Below, piece by piece: positions 1-12,870 of a stretch of DNA of 64,000 nt. Made by a program: the position numbers and the translations under genes. Source of the DNA: the human T2T-CHM13v2.0 reference genome, Homo sapiens. Below the pieces are notes generated by a model. It ran no database searches. It was not told the origin of the DNA and saw only the letters and a list, made by a program, of their open reading frames with translations. The DNA lies in contig CP068257.2 of assembly GCA_009914755.4 (NCBI GenBank), forward strand, positions 38,944,001-39,008,000. The letters are read 5' to 3'. How positions within the stretch are numbered: position 1 is the first letter of the stretch; the number at the start of each line of letters is the position of its first letter.

Positions 1-477
1 AGAAAGCCTGATGATGTTAAGTAACTAGCTCAGGGTCTCACATCCATTACATGAGAAAGCCAAATCTAGAATCCAGATGGCATTCCATTTGCTTGGGGAA
101 CACAGGGAAGAAAAAAGCACACGTGATCTTGAGCATTTAAAACACAGCTCTTTAATCAGGCAGATATTTTCCAGATGCCTATAAAAATGTTTTGATAGTA
201 ACATCCAAAGAAAAATAGTCATTCCTCATTACCAGAACCCAATGATATGTCATTTCCACAGTACTGAGTTTTTGAGGCACTAGTAATTGGCTTCTGAAAC
301 CTTCTAAATATCAAGATCGAGTAATGATATTTAATGATGCCAAAATAAGAATCAGAATGAAATTTTAAACCCACATTATATTGTATTTAATTATAGAAAA
401 TGACATATTAACTTCCTCATATAAAACGTTTATTCTAAATGTGAATGCAGAACATTTTGTCAAATTTCAAACCAACG

Positions 478-789
478 TTTTTTGTTGTTGTTTGTTTTTT
501 AAGACACAGCATCTGATTCTGTCACCCAGGCTGGAGTTCATTAGTGCAATCATAGCTCACTATAACCTCAAATTTCTGCTCCCAAGTGATCATCTTGCCT
601 TAGCCTTCTGAGTAGCTGGCACTACAGGTGTCCACCACCATGCTTGGCTAATATTTTTTTTAATTTTTTGCAGCGATGGGGTCTTGCTATGTTGTCCTGA
701 CTGGTCTTGAAGTCTTATCCTTAAGTAATCCCCCTTCCTCGGCCTCCCAAAGTGCTGGGATTACAGGTGTGTGAGCCACCATACACAGC
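478..789 (-). mobile_element. Alu SINE (older, diverged; reverse orientation)
   Basis: Reads as the reverse complement of the Alu consensus: T-rich tail, then ...gacacagcatctgattctgtcacccaggctggagt ... ggcctcccaaagtgctgggattacaggtgtgtgagccacc. Many substitutions and few CpG left. Confidence 0.9.
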
Positions 790-1300
790 TCAACTGAGGT
801 AGGGGGATTACTTGAGGACAAGTTGGGTGAGAGAGGTACCTGTTAGAAGATACTGTTAAATGTTCCAGAAAAATTCTGTCAGTAAGAAAAATAGAGTGTA
901 TAGAAGAAAAAGTGATGTTTAATATTTGCTTAAATTTTCTCTGCACTTTTTCTACCTCCAAACCAAATCACTATATAGAATAATCACCTTTGAGGAAAGA
1001 CACGTCTAATAATGTTTATAATATTCAGAAGATGAGATTCTATGTATTTAGTTTACTCTTGAACAAAGCCACAGTGTCCAGTCCCCACACAGTTAAAAAT
1101 ATATGTATAAATTTTGACTCCCTCAAAACTTAACTACTAATAGTTTGCTATTGACTGGAAGCCTTACTGATAACAAAAACAGGCAATTAACACATATTTT
1201 GTATGTTATCTGTATTAAATACAGTGTTCTTACAATAAAGCAAGCTAGAGAAAAAAACGTTATTAAGAAAATTGTAAGGAAGAGAAAATATACTACTATA

Positions 1301-1721
1301 TGTCTTAGTCTATTTTGTATTGCTATGACAGTATACAGAGGTCTGGGTAATAATTCATAAAGAAAAAAGGTTTATTTGGCTCACAATTCTGATAGCTGGA
1401 AGGTTCAAGATTAGGCATCTGGTGAAAACCCCAGACAGCTTCCACTCATGGTGGAAGGCAAAGGGGAACCAACTGTGTGAAGATCACATGGAGACAGAGG
1501 AAGTCAGAGAGAGAGAGGGGGGAGGTTCCAGACTCTTTTTAAATATCAGCTCTGGAGGGAGCTCACAGAGTGAGAACTCACTCACCCCTGAGGGATGGCA
1601 TTAACCTATTTATGATGGATCCACCCCCATGACACAATACCTCCTACTAGGCCCCACCTCCAACATCAGGGGTCAAATCTCAACATGAGGTTTGAAGGGA
1701 ATAAATATCCATATCATAGCA
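1301..1721 (-). mobile_element. ERVL-MaLR solo LTR (MST/MLT-like subtype), reverse orientation
   Basis: Plus strand shows the reverse complement of the LTR 3' end (tgtcttagtctattttgtattgctat...ggtaataattcataaagaaaaaaggtttatttggctcac) through to the reverse complement of the LTR 5' end (...caacatgaggtttgaagggaataaatatccatatcatagca). Confidence 0.75.
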
Positions 1722-1962
1722 CTATTCATTAAATGGAGGTGGATCATCACAAAGTTCTTCATCCTCATCATCTTCTCATTGAGTAGGCTGAGGAAGAGGA
1801 GGGGTTGGTCTTGCTGTCTCTGGGGTGGCAGAGGTGGGAGAGGTGGAGAAGGTGGAAGGGGAGGCAGGAGAGGCAGGCACACCCAGTGTAAGTTTTACTG
1901 AAAAATATCCACATATAAGTGGACCTGCACGGTTCAAACCCATGTTGTTGAAGGGTCAACTG
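1722..1962. mobile_element. Tigger2-type (TcMar-Tigger) DNA transposon terminal fragment ending in its TIR
   Basis: The terminal ~65 bp (ttttactgaaaaatatccacatataagtggacctgcacggttcaaacccatgttgttgaagggtcaactg) is the reverse complement of the Tigger2-type TIR cagttgacccttgaacaacacgggtttgaactgcgcgggtccacttatacgtggatttttttc. The GA-rich body lies upstream. Confidence 0.6.
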
Positions 1963-1977
1963 TATATCAATATTTAC

Positions 1978-2680
<703 letters not shown>

Positions 2681-3042
2681 ATGCACTGATACATATATAC
2701 ACACGCACTGATATCTCACTAGACCATGCCAAGAAAGACCCAACAATGTGGATCAACAGGATTTTGCTACAAATGTTAGCAATACCTGTTTACTGATCCT
2801 ACAGTATCTTATTGTGTAGCTTCACTTAATATATTTGGCGTTGGGCATGTAAAAGGTTTTCAAAAGACCTTGTATATTTGCATAGATAATATACTTCCAT
2901 AACTAGTAGCCAAGGATCATCGGTAAATTAGTTTCCATGTCTTTCATTAGTCTCAGATACTTTCCATCACATATTTCTATCACTGAGAAAAACAGGTTAT
3001 CATTTGATTATCTCTTTATCAGTTGTCATTAAAATGATCTAG

Positions 3043-3302
3043 AGGCCGAGATGGGCAGATTACGAGGTCAGGAGATCGAGACCATCCTGGTCAACACGGT
3101 GAAACCCCGTCTCTACTAAAAAATACAAAAAAAATAGCTGGGCATGGTGGCGGGCACCTGTAGTCCCAGCTACTCAGCAGGCTGAGGCAGGAGAATGGCA
3201 TGAACCTGGGAGGCGGAGCTTGCAGTGAGCCAAGATCGCACTACTGCACTCCAGCCTGGGCGACAGAGCAAGACTCCATCTCAAAAAGAAAAAAAAAAAA
3301 AA
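3043..3302 (+). mobile_element. Alu SINE, 5'-truncated, with poly-A tail
   Basis: aggccgagatgggcagattacgaggtcaggagatcgagaccatcctggtcaacacggtgaaaccccgtctctactaaaaaatacaaaaaaaatagctgggcatggtggcgggcacctgtagtcccagctactcag...gcgacagagcaagactccatctcaaaaagaaaaaaaaaaaaa. Confidence 0.92.
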
Positions 3303-4023
3303 TTATCTAAGTTAATTTCACTTATAAAGCACAGACTCCTATCTAGTAAGTCAATCTATAGAATGAGAGAGTGAATTATGTTTTAAATAAACAGAGCAGT
3401 CTGCAAACGGATAATCAAATGATCTGGGATCCCACCAGTCATATCTCATTTAGAGCAAGACAGAAACATTGATAGTTCTCTTCATAGCTTATGCATCAAT
3501 AAAAATATTAGATACACTTTTCTTTTTTACACTTATTTTCAAAGAGATGGTTCACTTTCTCTCTGTATATTGTAAATCCTTCAATGTTATTTTTACCAAG
3601 TTTTTGTCCCTTTTCACAAACCATCCTCGTTATTTTTATCACCACTGGAATTGATTTTAAAAGCTTGATTATTCTTGACAGGGCACAGAGGAATGTCCTT
3701 CACTACGTACGCCAGGATGAAGTGAATTTATAAGCCCACAAGTAGATCTGATAAGCATGCAGAAATCATTTGTATTATGTGCATAAAACAGTGCCCGATT
3801 AAAGGACAGTCACATTTTCTTCTGACAAAATGTCTGTGGCACTCCAGAAAACAGGCTTTATTTTTTAAGGTTTACCTCATAATGAAACAAAGTTTGAAGT
3901 GGAAACTCTTAAAATGCACAGGTAGGAGATGCAATGATACAATCCAATGCAATAAAATAAAATAAAACCATGAATGAGCACATTTGGAAGAATGAATTCT
4001 CCAGTTAAAGATAGTACAAGTAG

Positions 4024-4360
<337 letters not shown>

Positions 4361-4576
4361 TTAAGAGAAACAGCCTCTCATATTTGAGCACCTCTCAGGA
4401 TCCACATAGGTATAGAAACAGAGTTCATTAGAAGTTTATGTTGTAGTTCTGGGATCTCATTTACACAAAACACACAAATTTGCAAACATAAATATCAATG
4501 ATTCGGGACCTATAAGTCATATAGAAGTCAGCTTATTGCAACATCTATTGAAATGAAGCAGTTCTAAGATACTTAA

Positions 4577-4935
<359 letters not shown>

Positions 4936-5367
4936 AATTTTCTGTCTTTTGAACTAAACACTTGTGCTTAAATTCTCACCCACGATTGCTCTTTCTACAC
5001 TAAAATGTGAAGATGTAGGAGCAGAGAGGCAGCATTTGCAGGGAGACCATGCATGTTGTCTCAATACAAGGAAGGCTCTTCTGTTGCTCCAGGAAATTAG
5101 TTGCCCTGGATGTAGGAGTTACCTAGAGAAGCTCAGACAGAGGCTGGAAGATAAGCAGTCAGGTAGGCAGGTGGCTCCAGGGGGACCCCCTGTGTGGGGT
5201 GGAAAGCTGGAGGTAAGGATCCGGAAATTCCTGGCCAGCTCTAGATTTCACAACACCACGTTCCCCATGTTCCCGGGGAATATTCACAAGAACCCTGATG
5301 CCGATGTCCACCCCATCCGTACTGAACCAGGTTTGCACATCGGTGTTTTCAGTCTACCCGTTGTTAA

Positions 5368-5830
5368 TACAGCGACTCCTCGACTTACAGTGGGATTATG
5401 TCTGGAGAAACTCATTGTAAGTTGAAAATATCACAAGTCAAAAGGCATTTAATACCTCTAACATACTGAACATCATAGCTTAGCCTAGCCTACTTGAAAT
5501 GTGCTCAGAACACTCACATTAGCCTACAGTTGGGCAAAATCACATCCAAAAAAAGCTGGCAACACAATGCATTGTAGAGTACCGGTTGTTTGCCCCCGTG
5601 ACAGTGTAGCTGACTGGGGATTGCAGCTTGCTGCCTCTGCCCAGCATCAAAAGAGAGTATGGAACCACATATTGCTAGCCCGGGTAAAGATCTAGTTTGA
5701 AATCTGAAGTATGGTTTCTACTGAATGCATATCACTTTCACACCACGGTAAAGCCAAATATTGTCATAGTAAAGTCAAACCATCATTGCTCAAGGACCAT
5801 ATGCTTATGTAAAAATCCCAGAAAACAACT
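5368..5830 (-). mobile_element. Tigger1-type (TcMar-Tigger) DNA transposon 3'-terminal fragment
   Basis: tacagcgactcctcgacttacagtgggattatgtctggagaaactcattgtaagttgaaaatatcacaagtcaaaaggcatttaatacctctaacatactgaacatcatagcttagcctagcctacttgaaatgtgctcagaacactcacattagcctacagttgggcaaaatcac reads as the reverse complement of the Tigger1 3' end (...ttgcccaactgtaggctaatgtaagtgttctgagcacgtttaaggtaggctaggctaagctatgatgttcggtaggttaggtgtattaaatgcattttcgacttacgat...cgtaagtcgaggagcatctgta). This is from memory of the consensus. Confidence 0.6.
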
Positions 5831-6958
5831 TGAGGGTGTCCACTTTGTTTATGAGGATTACATTAAGTGTCGTATGTTAACAAACATTGACAAATGATGC
5901 TTTGGGGAAAGAAGGAAAACTCTGAAACGGCTAAATTTCACTAATATTACCAATATTAAATAGCATAGTGTATTTGGTAAGAGCATAGGCTTTCGATTGA
6001 TAAGGAGCCAGGCTTCATTTCCACACCTATCTAATGACCTAAACTACAGGTGTGGTAACAGTGATGATGGTAACAGTCTAAAATGGCAACCCAGTAGTTC
6101 AGATTCAATGTGCCTGCACCCAGCACCCCCTGGTGTTAACTTACCCTACAGTCAACAGTTCTTTTCAGGGTACATGAATCCTTTGAAATATAACCTACAA
6201 AATATAGATTCCTGTGTGTATGCTGACTACACGTCGTTCCATTATTTTCTCACCGGCAGAAAGTTCTTAGGAATAATGTAAACTCACTTGTTTTCATTTG
6301 TCTATTTCCCCTAACTTTGTTTTCATGGTGACAGGCCACTGGTTCCTGACCTGCTATTTGAGACAATTTATATGATCATCCTTTAGCTTCTGCTTCATTC
6401 AGTGATACCCCATTTCCTCTATTTTCCTCTGGCTTTTCTTCAAATGGTTTATATTTTAATAAAACGTGGGGTTTGTGAAGGTTTTTGAAAATGAGACGGT
6501 TTTCTTATCTTTCTCTTTCCTTTTTTGTTTCAATCTTAGGTCTGAGCCCAGATCTCCCAACGACATGCTTTCATGAAACAATAATGACGAGACCGAGTGA
6601 ACTAAGCTGTCTTCAGTTTTGGAGATGCAGAGGCAACACTGGCAGTTCCTGACATCACTTAAGGGAAAACAAAGCTAGGGGCAAAAATACTAAGGCAGCC
6701 TAGATTTGGGGGCCCTTTGTATACACTCCAATTTTTAAAATAACATCTGGGCATACTTCTCTTTTAAACTCTTCAATCCACATATTTTTCATTATTAAAA
6801 AGTGACTTCGGTGACATTTTCAAACACTAAACAAACTTAGCCATATGTCCATTTCACTGACTTTCCCCACATCGTGGTCTCTCCTTATAAGGGATGGGTT
6901 CCACTCTTGGGCTCAAATGTTTTGCTTTTCTGTGTCTGCTCAACTAACACACCCCTCC

Positions 6959-7325
6959 TGATATGGTTAGGCTTTGTGTCCCCACCTAAATCTCATCTTG
7001 ATTGTAATCCCCAGGTGTTGAGGGATAGAGCTGGTGGGAGGTGACTGGATCAATGCAGTAGTTTCCCCCATGCGGTTCTCATGATAGTGAGTGAATTCTC
7101 ACGAGATCTGATGGTTTTATAAATGTTAGTTTTTCCCAGACTCTCACATGCTCTCTCACCTTCTCTCTCAGGCCATGTAAGATGTGCCTGCCTCCCCTTC
7201 CGCCATGATTGTTAAGTTTCCTGGGGCCTCCCTAGCCATGTGGAACTGTGAGCTAATTAACCTCTTTTCTTTATAAATTACCCAGTCTCAGGCCGTTCTT
7301 CATAGCAATGTACTTCATAATACAC
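6959..7325 (+). mobile_element. THE1/MST-type ERVL-MaLR solo LTR
   Basis: tgatatggttaggctttgtgtccccacctaaatctcatcttgattgtaatccccaggtgttgagggatagagctggtgggaggtgactggatcaatg...ctcacgagatctgatggttttataaatg...gccatgtaagatgtgcctgcctccccttccgccatgattgttaagtttcctggggcctccctagccatgtggaactgtgagctaattaacctcttttctttataaattacccagtctcagg matches the THE1/MSTA consensus architecture. Confidence 0.88.
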
Positions 7326-8187
7326 CTCCCTAGACACACCACTCACTCAGAGAAAGCTCAGCATCATGTTTACTGTGTAATTTCTCCTCACTAGTCATTT
7401 GCTATTTATTTCTCTCACATCATCATCTCTTCCTGAACTGATTTTTCTACTACCTCTGAAAATAACAGCTCATTAGAAAGTGATCAGAGATTGAGTGAGC
7501 AATTGAATATAATTACACAAAATTATACAGACCTTAAACCAGACGCTCTGCTATGTGTATGAGCCTGGGAAAGCCAAAGCCCTGTATTTCAGTACCCAGT
7601 GCTGCTGGAGGTCACTATTGTGGCCCTAAAAGGGAAAGAGGAAATGATCCCTGGCTGCAATGCTCACAAAAACTACTTGGATCCTGCCCTAGAAAAAGGA
7701 CCAGAGACAGAAAGGGCAGCAATACGTCTGTCGCCTGCACGACATGCACTAAAAGTCAACGGCTAGGAGAGAGAGATGCAAAAACAAAGCATCTTATATT
7801 TTTCTTTTTATTTCAATTTTTATTTTAGATTCAGAGGCTACATGTGCAGAATTTGGCTGATAGAGACAATCGCCCGGATTTGCTGAAGCAGGGTGAGTTA
7901 TCCCTAAGAAAAGCTTACACAGAAGTGGAAGACAGTTTATTATCTAGGAGAGCCACCATCTCAAAATGTCAAAACTGCCAGTGTGTTCTTGCACATTGAA
8001 ACCACTCACAGGTCAACCAACTGTCTTGGTTTGTCCAGGACTCTCTCATTTTTTTTACTGAAAGTCATGCAACTGGTTAACTTCTCTGTCCTTGCTAAAC
8101 AAAGATAGTTTGTCTCCCAGCTTGAAGTCACCTGAGATCAAGAGATCTACTACTAACACATCATACAGAAGCAGCAGAAATACTACC

Positions 8188-8305
8188 TATATTTTGAAAT
8201 ACAGGTAGTATTATCATTGATCTGGTGGAACTCTGAGAACTTCAATCCAGAAATTCTCAGAGTTCCACCAGATCAATGATAATACTATCTATATTTTGAA
8301 ATATA
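8188..8305. repeat. ~118 bp near-perfect palindrome (52 bp arms, 14 bp spacer), AT-rich
   Basis: Left arm 8188-8239 tatattttgaaatacaggtagtattatcattgatctggtggaactctgagaa. The reverse complement of the right arm 8254-8305 is tatatttcaaaatatagatagtattatcattgatctggtggaactctgagaa. That gives 48/52 identity, and the inner 24 bp are perfect. The spacer is cttcaatccagaaa. Confidence 0.9.
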
Positions 8306-8384
8306 TATATATATTTGTTTATATATGTATAAAACAAAATAAAAATTTGTAAAACAAAATATATCTATTTGTTTATAGTTATGT

Positions 8385-8735
8385 TTATATATGTTTATAT
8401 GTTTATATATAGTTATATGTTTATATGTTATATATATGTTTATATATGTTTACATGTTTATATATAGTTATATGTGTATATATAGTTATATGTTTATGTT
8501 TGTTTATATATATGTTTATATGTTTATATATAGTTATATGTGTGTATATATAGTTATGTTTATATATGTTTATATGTTTATATATAGTTATATGTTTATA
8601 TATGTTTGTATGTTTATATATATGTTTATATGTTTATATATAGTTATATGTGTATATATAGTTATATGTTTATATATGTTTATATGTTTATATATGTTTA
8701 TATGTTTATATATAGTTATATGTTTAGAAGCAGAG
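8385..8735. repeat. AT-rich minisatellite / tandem repeat (unit ~gtttatatat, with higher-order ~38 bp units gtttatatatgtttatatgtttatatatagttatat)
   Basis: Direct reading shows about 30 imperfect copies of the 8-12 bp (G)TTTATATAT(A) motif, plus a (TA)n tract at 8300-8320. The 116-aa ORF at 8391-8741 is just this repeat translated. Confidence 0.9.
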
Positions 8736-11700
8736 CCATAAAAACAGGAAAACCAAAACAGAAAGAGCCTCCTATGAAAAAGCACATTTCAGGGGAGAAG
8801 GGAGGCAGAGTGAGAGCAGAGCTGTGAGCAAGGCCAGCCATGCAAAAGGCACGCGGCTGAAAGCCCTTGGTTCTCAGGCTTCCCGCCCATCTGAGAGATG
8901 CGTACTCTGTGCCCTGCTGTTTGTAAATGTCAAACATTTAATGATAACCACAATAAATGTGCTTGGTCAGCAGTCCTAAATATGGAAAAAGAAATCAACA
9001 TAAAACATCTTTGGTAGTTTCTTTTCCTTAAAATCTTGTGTCAGAGGAAAGTACACAGTTACCACTGGAAACAAAGTGGTTAGGGAACTCTACAAAACAG
9101 ACCACTGCAGGGGAAAAAACAATGATTTTGAGAGTATGAATTTTCCTGTGAGGAACAAAAATGAAAACAATGGTACGTTTGTCCCTTCCAAGTTCTTCAC
9201 GGATGCCAGTAACTAATCTTCAGAGTAAATTTGGAGAAATTGTTCTGACTATGCACACAAAGAAGCTAGAGGGAAGAGGCAGTGTTGCTTTATTTACTCA
9301 GCGTTGACCTCCCACCACCCTCCTCCTTCCTCTACTTCTCTATCAATACTTCTGGCCTTCCTTTGACCTGTTTTGGGGCATGGACTTAGGGCTGAGGACA
9401 GCACCAAGTATCTCGCCTGGATCCTGCCAACGCTGCCTCCTACAAAAAGGTCACTTTGAGCCACTTTGTTCCTTTCTCTAGGTCTGTCTCTACTCATGGG
9501 ATTGTTTTCAAGACTAAATGGAATGAGCACGCGAAACGGGAACCTGCCAAGGCTAGACCCTTCTGTGTCCTATTCTGCCAGTCAAGAAATAAAATTTCCT
9601 AAAATTTTGTGTCTTGCCTTAAAAACACACAAAGCCACATTCTTTCCATAACAAATGCAAGTTTATTTTAATACCTAATTAGGGTGAGAAGCTGCTTGGC
9701 AATAAGGAGAACTGGTGTGCCAGCAAGGTGTGCTGTACAGACCTAGTTGCTCCCTGTGCCTCCAAGGTGAGCACCTGGAGATTGGAAGGGAAGAGGCCCA
9801 GGTGGGATGGGCAGAGGTGGAGGGGAGGATACTGCTCCCCTGACACACATGACCCAACACGGTGCCATTTCCAAAATACTTTAAGGCCATGTTGTGAAGA
9901 CAACAAAGTAAAGACATAAGACAGGAGCCAAGAAGGGCAGCCTTTGTATGCCTGCTGCCTTCCAGTAGCCGAGGTACTGGCTTCTCCTCTCCAGCCAGAC
10001 CTGCTCTGCTACCCACCATGGCTACTGGGTGTCTATAGCTGAATGGCCAATGCGGCTAATAGGGCTTACATCTCTTGACAGTTGAGCAGCCATTTAGGGA
10101 AATTAGAGACACTGTAGCTCGAAGAAGACCATGAAGAGGAAGTTCTACTCTTATAGAACAGAGAAGCCATCTGTGACTACGTAATAAACTCTCAGGGGTC
10201 AGGGTAGGTGATCAGGGGTTTTTGAGCTGACTCTAGCCTATCCACAGCTTCTGACTGATGCTAATCTCAACCAAAGAATGCCAAGATATTAATATGTTCA
10301 CAGAGAAGCCTCATGCCACTGATGTCATAGAAATAGGTCACACATAAGGAACACCCTTGGATAAGTGACATATCACACTTACATTGGAATTAATTTCCAC
10401 AAAATTCCATTGCTGTCCCTACCTTCTAAATAGCTTCTGAATTATCATCAGCACCCACATGTTCACACTCAGTGCCTCGGGGGCTTCAAGATGTCCCAGA
10501 ACCGCAGCCAGCAGCCCAGAGTGTCTTATCTGAAGAAGGGCCATATTGCCTGTCCACATGCATCCTTAACATCACATGGAAAGGGGGATTCAACTTCAAC
10601 AGAGGGAAAATACCGCCAGGTGAATCACTTTCAACTACACAGAAGGAATCACAAATGTCTGCCTCCAAAACTTCAGAGTCCCAGTTTATTTTGTAAAATT
10701 GGACTCTTGTCACTCCTGTCATTTCCACACATGCAGGTCCCCCAGCATGAACGCATGAACCAACAACATGTACCCTTTTATATCAACTTTACACCCCAGC
10801 CAAGAGAAGCTTCATGAAAAACGGCACATAAAGATAACTAAAACATGACTTCTCAAACCAAAAGGGTTTAAGTCTAGATGTAAGCCAAACTCTGTAAACC
10901 CTCTCTGCTAAATCAGTCATTAAGATGTCATCCTTTTTCCTCTTTCACATATATTATTATTGTCCTACATTTCATGTTTCAGGGTTTTCTCCTTAGCCTG
11001 CTGTAAGCATGTGCTTTGGGAGACAGGGCAGAAGCTTTGGCACTGTTGACGCTCAGAAACGGCCACCCTAGATGGCTAGTGATGCTGGGGAGTCTCTCTG
11101 GAGACATCATAACAAGAATGCCATGGCCTGAAACATGCTTACCAGCCATCATCCAGAGAAGACAAGACACTGAAAGTAATATCATAAAATCTTACTAACA
11201 TAATCAAGAGAATCCCATGTGATCTACTCTGCCAGACATTGCTGAACTTTTGACCTTCAACTGCACCTAAGTAGTTTAAGACTCTCCAGACATTCATTGA
11301 CTCTTGCAAGCTTGCGTTTATCACAATTTAGCTTTTCACACCGCTACTCACCACCCAACACATTATTCATTATGCAAAAGTAATTTGAATTCATCATGCA
11401 CTGGATTTAGCAAACTTATCTTTAACTGAGTTTCAGATTATTTCTAATTCTCCCTTTAGTTCAGAGCCATATGGGCTTTGTGACACAGAATGCTTTGAAA
11501 ATAATTTCATTGGCTGGAACATTCAGTGGGCTGATGCCACATTTCTTTGAAAAAAAGTCTGCTAGGAAGAGAAGTAAATATCCCCCCACCCACCACTACT
11601 GCTATTGCCAGGTTCCTCCACTCATGTATTCATGTATTTGCTCATTCATTCACTCATTGAACAAATATGTGTTGCACCCTACCAAATGCTGAGCATCATA

Positions 11701-12785
11701 CTTGCTGACAACAACCTTGGCTTCATTGGCCCTCTGTGAGACACAGGAAAGTGGGGATGGACACAGGTTGAAGATGACCCAAGTCCGTAAGCACAAGCAT
11801 CCTTTCAGTGCGAAGGAGAAATGCCAAGAAACAACAAGCAGAAGGGGTGTAGGCAACAGAATTATTAAAGACACATAAGCAGGGCCATGTTAAGATGCTC
11901 ATGGGTCCTCCCTCCCCAAAAATCAGTGTTACATTTTATGACTCTGTAAGTATAAAGACAAATACAATCAGGCTGGATTACATATGTTTTTCCTTCTGAT
12001 TTTAAAAGAAATTAAAACAATTGTCATGGGCTCCAAAACGTATCCTGGTTTCAGACACTGAACTTACTGTGCCTAGCAAATAGTTGGCCCCGGCTTTGGG
12101 GCCTCCCGGTCTTCCACCACCCATTAATTGAACGGCCTTTGTGCAAGGTAGCTAGCTGCTTAATGCCTCCTTGTCTTCCTTGCTAAGACGAAGGAAATGG
12201 AAATGAAAGTGCCTGGTTTAGTGCTCAGGACACAGCCAGAGCTCTGCGTTTCCGCATCTCCTCTCCACACCAAATAATAACAATTTGCTCTAGAAGACAA
12301 TGGACATCCAAGTGAAATAAGGCTCAAGGGACTGCAGCCGTTTTTTATTAGTTATCCACTAGTAAATGCACTAAACCAAAGAAGCCCCACTTCAAGGAAC
12401 ACAGACAAACATCTGTCTCTATAATTATCCATACGCCCCAAACGCCCCTCCTCATCTCATTCCCCCTACTTATCACTCTGAACATATTCTACAATGGACT
12501 TACTCATCAGGCCCAACATCTGTCTCCCCTCACGGGAATGCCAGCTCCACAAGGTCAAGGGCTGGGATGTTTTGTTTGCCAATGTGTTAGCATTCCCAAA
12601 CTTAGATTAGCATCAGGCATAACATAAGCACTCTGCCTATTCCTCGTTAAATGGAATGGATTTGAAAATTATCAGAAACACTAGTTTCAAAAACATTAAA
12701 ATTCAGTCTTTAGGATATTTTGTTCCTTTCTATAAGAATTTATTCTCTACAAAACTACCACTCTTGATCTAGTGTTTTTTTGTTT

Positions 12786-12870
12786 GGTTTTTTTTTTGAG
12801 ACTGACTCTCATTCTATTGCCCAGGCAGGAGTGCAGTGGCGCGATCTCCGCTCACTGCAACCTCCGCCTC
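12786..12870 (-). mobile_element. Alu fragment (~85 bp of the right arm, reverse orientation)
   Basis: tttttgagactgactctcattctattgcccaggcaggagtgcagtggcgcgatctccgctcactgcaacctccgcctc, after which the homology ends abruptly. Confidence 0.8.

Noticed and set aside
4964-5425. 153-aa plus-strand ORF in partly unique sequence
   Set aside because: There is no recognisable domain or similarity from memory. The 3' third overlaps the Tigger1 terminus. It is flanked by Alus. An ORF this long occurs at random in 64 kb of six-frame translation. I treat it as noise unless BLASTX says otherwise.
5700-5830. Possible second Tigger terminus making 5368-5830 a complete MITE
   Set aside because: The right end (…gtaaagtcaaaccatcattgctcaaggaccatatgc) is not the inverted complement of the left end (tacagcgactcctcgacttacag…). 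This is a terminal fragment, not an intact MITE.
8391-8741. 116-aa ORF (MFICLYIVICLYVIYMFIYVYMF…)
   Set aside because: Pure translation of the (gtttatatat)n minisatellite. It is low-complexity, and the opposite strand gives an equally long repetitive ORF.
12390-12660. Possible MIR/old SINE tail (…ccagctccacaaggtcaagggctgggatgttttgtttgccaatgtgttagcattcccaaac…)
   Set aside because: The resemblance to the MIR 3' region (gtaagctccttgagggcagggactgtgtc…) is too weak to call by eye. I leave it unannotated.
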